The translations under genes and the position numbers were made by a program. The notes beneath the pieces are model-generated. The model was not told where the DNA came from. It saw only the letters and a program-made list of their open reading frames with translations, and did no database searches. From Haliotis cracherodii (Eukaryota): a DNA stretch of 64,000 nt. Numbering within the stretch: position 1 is the stretch's first letter; every line of letters begins with the position of its first letter. Positions 1-11,087 of the stretch are shown piece by piece. Where the stretch lies: positions 46,128,001 through 46,192,000 of the forward strand of contig NW_027266266.1 of the NCBI RefSeq assembly GCF_022045235.1, given 5' to 3'.

Positions 1-434
1 CATTGACTTTGTTACCTGAATATTCACAAGACTTGTGTCAAACCACACGTGAAAACACACTCTCTCCTCCCCTCACCCACTCTCTCACCCACCCATATAC
101 ATTCACTCACACAGAGTGTGATACAATGCGATATTACACGCGTCAGCCTCCAGTTTTATGATATGTAGCTCCAATGGTATTCAGATGGCTTACTTTTTAT
201 CATTTATCTTAACCTGACCGACGTTAACATACTCTACTTCCTGTTACCCTGCCTTGCGCATTGCATTAACAGGGTAAAACATTGCTGTCACACATTGTGA
301 TACAGATAGAAGCTCATTGTTCATAGTATTATTTGCCATCATGTCAATTATCAGAATGAAATGCACGGTCCTGAATACTGGGTAATCGTTTTAAGTCCTG
401 TTCTAGTCCTGTTCTCTTCTCTTCTCGTGTGTAG

Positions 435-560
435 TTGCACATAGATGGCCACAATGAAGCTGCCAGCCCAGTGCATTGGAGGAAGATGCCACTATTTCAG
501 TTTCCAAAACACCAGAAGGAGTTGAACCAAATGATGGAGAAAAGCCATGCTTTTGTGCAC
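435..560 (+). CDS. UPF0489/C5orf22-like protein, penultimate coding exon (not in ORF track)
   Basis: AG at 433-434, GT at 561; 126 nt, phase 0/0; translates LHIDGHNEAASPVHWRKMPLFQFPKHQKELNQMMEKSHAFVH, resembling the HxDxHxD motif of UPF0489; joins in frame to the 902 exon. Confidence 0.75.
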
Positions 561-901
561 GTAATTAATCAAAATTATTGTTGGTGTGAGTGAGTGGCGA
601 CGAGTAACATGAGTGAACATGGGTGAATAGGTAAGCGTGTGTGAGTTAGTGAGTGAATGTCTGAGTGACCTGAATTCAGTTAAATATATGGTCAAGCTAA
701 ATATTAATTTCCTGCAAATGATCAAAAATTTATAAACGGTATGTGCTCATCTGAAAAAATATAATTTTGAGTGAATGACTTAATTTGGTTAAACTTTTCT
801 TTCATCTATGTCTTAAATGTCAGTAATGTGAAATAGATCAGTGTAAGTTTTAATTAATAACGTTTACTCTTCTGTCTAATAAATCTTCAATATATTGCCA
901 G

Positions 902-2053
902 GTGGCTGCCGTCACGGGGTTGATCAACCGTTTCATATGGGTGTGGCCACCGTATGATTCTGGCGGATATCAGCACGAAAACAGCGAGCCCTACGTGTCT
1001 CTGCGACTGAAAGTTGGGGTCATGTTTAAGCCAAGAGATAGACGTGATGTACTAGTACACTGTGCTTGCGCAGAATCTGACCAGCTGAAGATGGAGAAGA
1101 CGTGTGTCTGGATTGATGCTCATCGAGATGGGTCGGAGGAATATTTTGAAATACCGGAATCAACATGTGTTGATATGTCTCTTAGTGGCACGGTGGAGTT
1201 CGTAAGTACAAGCAAGGCTATAGAGCTGGCTAAGTCAGGCACCTGGATCACGGCGAATGACAGCATCATCCTGGACATTGATGAGGACTACTACGGCAGT
1301 GAAGCTGCATCATCTCCTCTGTATGAATCTGGCATGAGCAAGACTCAAATCAACGAGATATCATCAAGTGTTGGGATGCTATTGTGTGTTGACAATGCAC
1401 AAGATGAAATGATGGCTGACAAATTCTTCCATGACCTTTTAAAGATCACACTCAAACACATCAAACCCTGCGATAATAATGCAGCCGGGGGTAACAGCAT
1501 ATGCTCTGACCATCTTGCAATGACGAATGCAGTTATCGGTGATATATACGATATACTGGAAAAAGCTAGGCATGTTATGTGCGTGCCAAACCAATCTACA
1601 CAATATATACTCAACCGTCTTCTCGACGATCTACTCTACCTCAATGAGCGTCAGTTGGAGGAACTGACAACCGTAGGCGTGTGTATGAACCAGTCCCCAA
1701 GAAGCACATTCTTCAACCGAAATGATGGTGTGGTGTTATGCCAGGGGTACAATGCCCCAAAGACAACGCTCATCCAATACCAGAGCGTGGATAAGGAGGA
1801 GATTGACCAGACCACAAACCATCTCCAAACCATCCTTTCCCACTCATTTCCTCCCGGAGTGGTGACTCTCGCCCGCTCTGTGCGAGATGGCTTTACTCCG
1901 AGGAAACATGCCCACACCATTGAGTATAAAGTTATCAATGTTTTGAAAACAGTGTTCCCAAGCAGTATAGGTGACAGTAGCATACACTATGACTCGGAGC
2001 TGCTTGGAGGTAGAGACGGGTGGTATTTTCGACACAAGACCATTAAGGCTTAA
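902..2053 (+). CDS. UPF0489/C5orf22-like protein (arginase/deacetylase-like fold), last coding exon
   Basis: Pyrimidine tract and CAG acceptor ending at 901 (GTG is not a start codon); 383-codon frame with AAVTGLINRFIWVWP, ILDIDEDYY and TLARSVRDGFTP motifs; AATAAA at 2068 and 2168. Confidence 0.8.
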   Translation: MAAVTGLINRFIWVWPPYDSGGYQHENSEPYVSLRLKVGVMFKPRDRRDVLVHCACAESDQLKMEKTCVWIDAHRDGSEEYFEIPESTCVDMSLSGTVEFVSTSKAIELAKSGTWITANDSIILDIDEDYYGSEAASSPLYESGMSKTQINEISSSVGMLLCVDNAQDEMMADKFFHDLLKITLKHIKPCDNNAAGGNSICSDHLAMTNAVIGDIYDILEKARHVMCVPNQSTQYILNRLLDDLLYLNERQLEELTTVGVCMNQSPRSTFFNRNDGVVLCQGYNAPKTTLIQYQSVDKEEIDQTTNHLQTILSHSFPPGVVTLARSVRDGFTPRKHAHTIEYKVINVLKTVFPSSIGDSSIHYDSELLGGRDGWYFRHKTIKA

Positions 2054-2449
2054 TAATTCATGTTGGAAATAAAACTTGTGTTTTGTTTTTAAAACTGTGT
2101 CTTTCTGAAATTCAATATTAATACGGATAAAAATATACAAAAACTCATTTTTATCCAAACTGATTGAAATAAAGGAGCGACCATTTGATATTTTGTGTGT
2201 CTAGATTTTATTTTTTTAAAAATAAATTGTCCCAGAAAATTTGTGTAAAAAGGTAATTATGCCTCAGACTGTTGTACAATAATTGTCTGCCACACAAAAA
2301 AATAAGTTGTTGCAATGTGTTATTATATTGAAGAAATTCAATATCATAGCTTAAAAAGTATGAGCTGCAACTGAAAAATATCTAATCTCCAGACACAGCG
2401 GTTATGGAAATATCTGCACATGACACGTTATCTTTTAGTTCACTCTCGT

Positions 2450-2850
2450 CCTGTTGACAATGTCCAACAACTTGGTAATACATTCAGGTCTTGATGACAT
2501 TGGTCCACAGGTGGGTAATGCATCCTGGTCATGTTTACATTTGTCCACAACTGGGTCTTGTTGACAGTGATCCACAAAAATCATGTTGACAATGGTCCTC
2601 GGCTGGGTTATACATTCAGGCTATGCTGACAATGGTCCACAGGTGGGTAATACGCATCCTGTGTCAGGTACACTCAGGTCACGTTGACAATGGTCCACAA
2701 GAGGGTAATACATTCCGGCTGTGCTGACAATGGTCCACAGGCGGGTAATACGCATCCTGGTCAGATACACTCAGGTCATGTTGACAATGGTCCACAACAG
2801 GGTAATACATTCAGGTTATGCTGGCAATGGTCCACAGCTGGGCAATACAC
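2450..2850. repeat. Degenerate minisatellite, core GTTGACAATGGTCCACAnnnGGGTAATAC(ATTCAGG)
   Basis: About 9-10 diverged units of roughly 36-53 nt. Confidence 0.8.
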
Positions 2851-3563
2851 ATCATATGTCGATTTTTAATTCGAACCCACAATCACAGCTTCCTGACTTG
2901 GCCAGCGAACTGCGTCGCCTTACAATTAAACGGCTGGACTCCCCATACTCCCGTAGAAGTGTGTGTTATAATCATGCTCCTCTGTGTTCAGAGTGGATGC
3001 TTCTTTTTTTGTACATACTTTCTGATTTTGTTGAGTCTATTTTTTCTGATACTAGTATGTATGCAAAATGTACAGATACAATGACGAAATGACAGACAAA
3101 TGATCACACAACCTTTTGTCCGCTCATAGTATAAGTCTGATTCGGGCACAGTTTACAAATCCGTATCACAATTTAAATCTCAATTTGTCCAGCAAAAGAG
3201 AAGAAATCAAGCTTCAGCGATGGTCATACGCACGAAAGACACATAATTGTGAGCACTGTCTTCGCATGTGAGTAGTATAAACAACATGAGATTTCATGAT
3301 CAGTAGATTTCATCATACGTGTGACATTGGTACAAACTGAAAACATAAATTTTGAGGCGTTTGAATAATGTTTCTCAAGAGTAATTCTGTACTGGTGGCA
3401 GTGGTATTAAGGTAGCGAGGCTGGAGCGCCAGGTGGTGACATTGCGAAAGAGACGCTTTATTCTCCGCAATGCTGATGAGACCATCCCTGGTCAATCCAT
3501 TCCGTAAATTAGGCCGAATACAATAGCGGAAATGCTGACAGCAAAATACGGCCAACGCTGGAG

Positions 3564-3653
3564 TATAAATAGATCTCGATTTGACCCACATAGCGAGTGT
3601 TTGGGCACATGGGAAAGAGAAGAGTCAGATGCTAAGACAGTGCCAAGGTAGGT
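3564..3653 (+). promoter_or_regulatory. Putative TATA box and non-coding first exon donor of SULT-1
   Basis: TATAAAT at 3564 and AAG|GTAGGT donor at 3648; the region is homologous to 15050-15365 upstream of SULT-2. Confidence 0.45.
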
Positions 3654-4119
3654 TACTTTTACTCTTTGTAAACTGTTCCTTGAAATGCAACGCTGGTGCT
3701 GGCGACAGCCAAATTAGAGAGAGAGTAGGGTTGAGTAATTAAGAAGCAGCTGTTGTTAGCATACAAGTGAGATGACTCAGGGCATGCACGCACTGAACAG
3801 TTTATTAGGCAGCTCATGAGTCTGGAGGGGTCAGTCACATTCTTGTGATATGGAGCGCCGAATAATGATTAAAGGCATTGTGTATTTCTACGATCTGGGT
3901 CATAGGAGCTACATTGCCAAACCATTTTTATTAATATGTTTATTATATGTTTTGTAATACTGAGAAATAGGGAATAAAGTCTGATACGCAGTAATTTGAA
4001 TTCAAAGTTGCTTGTGGTATAAGTTTCCGAAGGAGGGGAATGCAATTGTAGACCATCGATTGAGGTTTTCTGGAGGCTACATTGGTCTATGCTAAGTTGA
4101 GGCCCCAACCCATCTTCCA

Positions 4120-5525
4120 TGTCAAAGTAGCAGCATGTCATTTCCATGATAGCAAAGTAGCAGCACACCACCCATGATAGAGAAGTAGCATCACCCTACC
4201 CATGATAGCAAAGTAGCATCATCCCACCCATGATAGCAAAGTAGCATCACGCCACCCATGATAGCAAATTAGCATCACGCCACCCATGATAGCAAAGTAG
4301 CATCATCCCACCCATGATAGCAAAGTAGCATCATCCCACCCATGATAGCAAAGTAGCATCATCCCACCCATGATAGCAATGTAGCATCACCCCACCCATG
4401 ATAGCAAAGTAGCATCACCCCATCCATGATAGCAAAGTAGCATCACGCCACCCATGAAAGCAAAGTAGCATCACCCCACCCATGATAGAAAAGTAGCATC
4501 ACCCCACCCATAATAGCAAAGTAGCATCACCCCACCCATGATAGCAAAGTAGCATCACCCCACCCATGATAGCAAAGTAGCATCACCCCACCCATGATAG
4601 CAAAGTAGCATCACCCCACCCATGATAGCAAAGTAGCATCACGCCACCCATGAAAGCAAAGTAGCATCACCCCACCCATGATAGAAAAGTAGCATCACCC
4701 CACCCATAATAGCAAAGTAGCATCACCCCACCCATGATAGCAAAGTAGCATCACCCCACCCATGATAGCAAAGTAGCATCACCCCACCCATGATAGCAAA
4801 GTAGCATCACCCCACCCATGATAGCAAAGTAGCATCACCCCACCCATGATAGCAAAGTAGCATCATGCCACCCATGATAGCAAAGTAGCATCACCACACC
4901 CATGATAGCAAAGTAGCATCACCCCACCCATGATAGAAAAGTAGCATCACCCCACCCATGATAGCAAAGTGGCATCACCCCACCCATGATAGCAAAGTAG
5001 CATCACCCCACCCATGATAGCAAAGTAGCATCACCCCACCCATGATAGCAAAGTAGCATCATCCCACCCATGATAGCAAAGAAGCATCACCCCATCCATG
5101 ATAACAAAGTAGCATCACCCCACCCATGATAGCAAAGTAGCATCACCCCACCCATGATAGCAAAGTAGCATCACCCCATCCATGATAGCAAAGTAGCATC
5201 ACCCCACCCATGATAGCAAAGTAGCATCACGCCACCCATGATAGCAAAGTAGCATCACCCCACCCATGATAGCAAAGTAGCATCACCTCACTCATGATAG
5301 CAAAGTAGCATCACCCTACGCATGATAGCAAAGTAGCATCATCCCACCCATGATAGCAAAGTAGCATCACCTCACCCATGATAGCAAAGTAGCATCAAAG
5401 TAGCATCACCCCACCCATGATAGCAAAGTAGCATCACCCCACCCATGATAGCAAAGTAGCAGCACCCCACCCATGATAGCAAAGTAGCAGCACACCACCA
5501 ATGATAGCAAAGTAGCAGCACGTCA
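4120..5525. repeat. 28-bp minisatellite (ATAGCAAAGTAGCATCACCCCACCCATG)n, about 50 copies
   Basis: Near-perfect 28-nt period. Confidence 0.97.
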
Positions 5526-5574
5526 CCAACGTCGAAGTTGCAGTTTATCGAGATATTTATAGTTCACATTTAGC

Positions 5575-6930
5575 GGTCTGTGGGATTTGAATCTAGTAGC
5601 ACGTCATACCTTCCAGACTATAGGATTTCAATGTTGTAACACGTCTCATCATTAAGGCGGTAGGACCTCAATGTTGTGACACTTCAAATAATACAGACTG
5701 TGGGGTCGCTATGTTGTAACACGTCAAATCATGCAGAATGTACATGTAGGATCTCATTGTTGTAATACGTCACATCATGTGGACGATAGGACCTCAGTGT
5801 TGAAACACGTCACATCATGCAGAGTGTAGGATCTCTATGTTGTAACACGTCACATCATGTAGACTGTAGGATCTCTATGTTGGAGTATGTCACATCATGC
5901 AGACTGTAGGATATCTATGTTGTAACACGTCACATCATGTAGACTGTAGGATCTCTATATTGTAACACGTCACATCATGTAGACTGTAGGATCTCTATAT
6001 TGTAACACGTCACATCATGTAGACTGTAGGATATCTATGTTGTAACACGTCACATCATGTAGACTGTAGGATCTCTATGTTGTAACACGTCACATCATGC
6101 AGACTGGAGGATCTCTATGTTGTAACACGTCACATCATGCAGACTGTAGGACCTCAATGTTGTAACAATTCAAATAATGCAGACTGTACGACAACAGTGT
6201 TGTTACACGTCACATGCGGACGATAGGATCTCTATGTTGTAACACGTCACATCATGTAGACTGTAGGACCTCAATGTTGTAACAGTCACATCATACAGAC
6301 TGTAGGATATCAATGTTGTAACAGTCACATCATGCAGAATGTAGGATCTCTATGTTGTAACACGTCACAACATGCAGACTGTAGGATCTCTATGTTGTAA
6401 CACGTCACATCATGCAGACTGTAGGATCTCTATGTTGTAACAGTCACATCATACAGACTGTAGGATATCAATGTTGTAACAGTCACATCATGCAGAATGT
6501 AGGATCTCTATGTTGTAACACGTCACAACATGCAGACTGTAGGATCTCTATGTTGTAACACGTCACATCATGCAGACTGTAGGATCTCTATGTTGTAACT
6601 GTCACATCATGCAGACTTTAGGACCTCAATGTTGTAGTATGTCACATCATTCAGAATGTAGGATCTCATTGTTGTAATACGTCACAACATGCGGACGATA
6701 GGACCTCACTGTTGAAACAGGTCACATCATGCAGAATGTATGATCTATATGTTGTAGTATGTCTCATCATGCAGACTGTGGGGTCGCTATCCTGTAATAC
6801 GTCGCATCATGCGGACTGTAGGACCTTTATTCTGAAACACGTCACATCATGCAGGCTGTAGGATCTCAACGTAGCAGCTCGATATACTTTGAGGCCTTGT
6901 GGTCACAGAGTTGTAGCACGTCACATCGTA
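5575..6930. repeat. 40-bp minisatellite (TGTAACACGTCACATCATGYAGACTGTAGGATCTCTATGT)n, about 33 copies
   Basis: 40-nt period, degenerate at both edges. Confidence 0.95.
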
Positions 6931-7226
6931 TCAAGGTGATAACTCATCACAGTTTGCAGGCTATCAGTTCAATAAGTAGTTAGGGCGTCAATAAGTAGCA
7001 GCCAAATGATGTCAGTGCATTGTCACAAATAGCTGAAGACTTCTGAAGAGCTTGTTCCCATTTCCCTATTCACACAAATTCCAACAAAAATATTGTTTTA
7101 CAGCAGTTTTTCTTACCATTCAGTATCTGACATTTTTCATTTGAGATTCAAGTCTTGTATGACAATTTTCAGACTCGTCAGACACTCCGCTCAAGGCTTT
7201 GACGAATACGACAACCGCCGTCCGAC

Positions 7227-7395
7227 ATGGAGATACGTGTAGCTGATGATGGTGGAGATGAGATGACGCTGCTCAGCTACAATGGCCGCAAGTATTCGTT
7301 TTGGCCGGAAGCTCTCCAGTCCAACCCATTGGAGAGATTACCATCTGTTGAAATACGCCCTGACGACATTATAATATGTGCTTTCCCTAAGTCAG
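7227..7395 (+). CDS. Cytosolic sulfotransferase SULT-1 (SULT1-like), coding exon 1 of 5; join 7227-7395,8392-8715,9021-9121,10107-10251,10972-11087 = 284 aa
   Basis: ATG...MEIRVADDGGDEMTL...RPDDIIICAFPKS-G|GTAGGT; 5'-PSB loop split by a phase-1 intron. Confidence 0.93.
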
Positions 7396-7527
7396 GTAGG
7401 TAAACGAATACATGTTTCTTATCAATACAACAGTCATGATGTCAGTTCAATTGGTTAGCCTATGTCAGGCTATATTGATGACAAGATTGTGACATTATAA
7501 AGGAACTCATTTAAGTCATATCAACAA

Positions 7528-7700
7528 GTGAGTGAGTGAGTGAAACCCACGAGCACGGGTCTGGTGCTAACAAACATAGAAATATCATCGGAGCGAACCG
7601 GGATTCGAATCCCACAATCATAGGTTTCTGGCGTGCCCAAGGGACGCAATTCTGCACAGCGAATTGCGGCACCTTAGACGACTGGGCCACCCGTGCCCCC
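7528..7700 (-). mobile_element. tRNA-derived SINE (family D) in SULT-1 intron 1
   Basis: Minus strand reads GGTGGCCCAGTCGTCTAAGG...GATTCGAATCCC, with a (TCAC)n tail and TATCAACAA flanking duplication. Confidence 0.7.
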
Positions 7701-7881
7701 TATCAACAATGACGTTATGCATACAGTGACGTTATACGAGATATGCAGTGACGTGCCAGAAAGTATGCAGTTGAGTTTTACAAGAACAATGTAACTTAGT
7801 GTATGAATAACGTGACGTACATATAGAACGTCAACGTCGGAGAGCATGAAGTCTCGAATATCTGCCGAATTAGATTTTATT

Positions 7882-8111
7882 GTGCTTGTACTAGTCCGGA
7901 CTGATGCCGATTTTTAGTGTTAGCCCATGCCGCAGTTTAACATGAATACCCTACTCAGACATAGTATACTGACTCCAAGCCGACCAGTCCGTGTTTTAGC
8001 CCCTTAATGCCGGGCGCCAGACAGGGCATTAACAAGTACCATCTTTTAACGTTTTTTCGTATGACGCAGCCGGGGAGCGGACGTTCTTCCACTAGACCAC
8101 CGGCGGCGGTC
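7882..8111 (-). mobile_element. SINE family B (partial)
   Basis: Homologous to the full copy at 14005-14420. Confidence 0.8.
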
Positions 8112-8391
8112 TGTGTATACAAGAAGTCACGTAAACCATGTGAAACAATGTCCTAGCAGATCATTCCATCGTTACATATTTGTTTTATTTCAGCCACAAT
8201 CAGACAATGTGTTGCGTGGCTTTGACCTAATCTAATGCTCGTCATTATTAGTTCCACATTTTAATACATTATATTAAATGACGACCGCCAGTGGCGTCCT
8301 TATGAGTAACAGAAGTAGCAAGTAGTTCACATCCTGGAACGAGACATAACTTTGCCAAAGCCACTAAACTTAATAAGATTTTACTTAACAG

Positions 8392-8715
8392 GTACCCACT
8401 GGGTTTGGGAGATTGTTCGCCTGCTGGTGGCGGGACAACTCGACCGTGATGAAGTCAGCAAAGGGTCTAACATGATGGAATTTGCAAGTGAAGAAGAATA
8501 CAAAGATCTCCCTTCTCCCAGAATTCTTAACACTCATTTGTTGTTCAGCCAACTTCCAGAGCAGGTTAAAGTGAAGAAACCTAAGATACTGTACTTAACT
8601 CGGAACCCCAAGGACATGACTGTGTCTTTTTACAACTTTGTAATGAAACTGCCTATGTACTACAAATACACTGGAGAGTGGAACAACTTCGTCCGACCCT
8701 CACTGGAGGGGAAGT
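8392..8715 (+). CDS. SULT-1 coding exon 2
   Basis: AG|GTHWVWE...PRILNTH...RNPKDMTVSFY (catalytic His, 3'-PB motif)...EGK T|GTGAGT; 324 nt. Confidence 0.95.
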
Positions 8716-9020
8716 GTGAGTGATTTTCTCTCTATTAACACATTGGTGAACACAACTCACACATGGGTTCCTCCATCGGTTGTGTCAAGGTACATTGATC
8801 ACGTATTAGAATCCGAAACACGTCCCGATTATGACCCTTGGTTTATCAGCACAATACGCTTGGTCGTGGGTTTTACCAAGGATGTCGACCTCATCACTTA
8901 AGGCATTCCTCCGTCATTTCTGAAAATGTGATATAACTACAAAACTGTTCAAAACGACGCTAGGCTCAACTCTTTTACCCTTCAACATATTTCTCACCAT
9001 GATTTGTGACCTTATTTCAG

Positions 9021-9121
9021 TTGACTACGGTTCCTGGTTCGACTATGTGAAGGACTGGGAGGAGGTGAAGAAAACCACTGACGTCCCCATAATGACACTC
9101 AACTATGAAGACATGAAAGAG
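9021..9121 (+). CDS. SULT-1 coding exon 3
   Basis: DYGSWFDYVKDWE...YEDMKE; AG/GT flanks, 101 nt. Confidence 0.93.
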
Positions 9122-10106
9122 GTACAGGTCTTCCTTGTTATTCCAGTGTTTACAAGGCACAGGGGCTTATAATACCAGGTTCTTTGTAGGGTCGGTGGGA
9201 TTGATAAAACTCGTTACACTGAGGTCCGGGTTGTAATCAACATATGCCATGCATGAAACCAAAGAGTTCCCGCTTCTGGAATGTCGATAAGAGCGGCGTA
9301 AACCCCACCTCACTCACTCATGCCCATTGCTCTGATCGATGCAAATCATTATATTAGTATTTCATCACGACATTGTATGTTATGGGTGCCACCGGTGGCC
9401 ATGGCACGCTAACCTTTATGCAGACATCTGGTATCATCATTATTTAATGAACACATGCTCATGATATAATCGGTTTTCCTATGGACATTGAAAGGGTTTT
9501 GTCGCTATTCACATTCATTAATTGGTTATTACAGGACGATTATTATATATTATATTATAAGACTTGAAATCATGACTTTTCAATCTGATATGAGCATTAC
9601 TTAGTGGTCTAGTGTTCACGTAACCATTTCTATTTTCATCATGACGTGGGTTCATGTTAATCATTTTAATGTATTTAGGATATTAACGTGTTTATCACAG
9701 TTGCGTTAATGGTAAGTGTTTTATTGTGTTCAAGATATTAATGTTTTTACTACGACGTGTGTTGTTGTTCGTGGTTTTGCTGTGCTCAGGACATTGGTGT
9801 TTTGATCGTGATGTGTGCACATGTTCATTCATTTGGTGTGTTCAGGCACGCGTTCCACAAAGCGATCTTAGCGCTAAGACAGTCAATTCCCATACTCAAA
9901 CAAATCGTTCAACGATCGTCGTAGCGCCCGAACGCTTTATGTAACGGGTCCCTGGATATCAGTGTTTTGATTACGAAATGTGTACATGTTCATTTATTTG
10001 TTGCGTTCAAGATTTTGATATGTTTTTTTTTATTACGGCGTGTATTCTTACTTACTGCTTTGAGTTGTCGAGATATGAATTACGTCGATGTTCTGTTTGT
10101 TCAAAG

Positions 10107-10251
10107 GATGTATTCCGCGAGATGAAGAAAATGCAAGACTTCCTTGGTGTCAAAAGAAGTGATGAGTTTGTGAAGGAAGTGTGTGATCACTGTAGCTTCA
10201 CCTCCATGAAGAAAGTCAAGGCAGACATGGCAAATATTGTGTATAGGAAGG
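10107..10251 (+). CDS. SULT-1 coding exon 4
   Basis: DVFREMKKMQDFLG...CSFTSMKK...YRK-G|GTGAGT; 145 nt. Confidence 0.92.
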
Positions 10252-10971
10252 GTGAGTATTTACCTCACACTCCGCTCTGTGGAAAGGCATATCTAGCAAT
10301 GTGAGCATTAATCACCCGGTAGGCTCTGTGGCATATACAACTAGAAAATATGAGTATTTACTTACATTGCGATCTGTGTAATGGGATATCAACAAAATAT
10401 GAACGTTTATCTGATTGTCAAACGGCCAGTGTACGGGATCTGTGACACTGTCTGTGTCCTGTCATCAATAGTTATGTAGATATGAGATAAGTCTATGCAC
10501 CAAGGTGCAGGCTACTTCACGGAAACATTTCACTGCACTGCCACCATCAGGTACGATAGTCTATGTTGAGATATTGCACTTTGCCAATGATGAAACGATT
10601 CATCATTGAAATATCTAATCATGCATGTGGCGTGGGTGACTCTAAGGCGATCTTTTTCTCCTTTATGAAATCCTCGCATTTCCTCAAGATTTCTACCCTA
10701 TCGTGTAGCATCGTTCAGTGTGCCGTTTGCTTATGCTGTATATTCACTGTCATTCTCCTCGTGTCCACATAAGAAGGTTTGAGATACGAGGTTGTTATCA
10801 CGTCGTAGTTTGTTAAGGAAACCAATGCTAAGCTTATCTGTGTCAACTGCGTCTTTGTGACTAACACCAGAATTATCAGCAATGCTAAGTTTTCAGATCA
10901 TTAATGTCATACACACATCAATGCAATGTTATAAGATTTGATTCATACATTAATTGCTGGTTTTGTTTCAG

Positions 10972-11087
10972 GTGAGGTTGGCGACTGGAAGAACTGGTTC
11001 ACTGTCGCTCAAAATGAGTGGTTTGATCAAATCTACGAGCAGAAGATGAAAGATTGTCCTTTGGAGTTCAGATATACATTGAAATAA
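10972..11087 (+). CDS. SULT-1 coding exon 5
   Basis: [16 protein letters not shown] (RKGxxGDWK and KxxxTVxxxE motifs), TAA stop; AATAAA at 11922. Confidence 0.95.

Noticed and set aside
902-904. GTG start codon for the 383-aa ORF
   Set aside because: It directly follows a CAG acceptor, and an upstream in-frame exon exists
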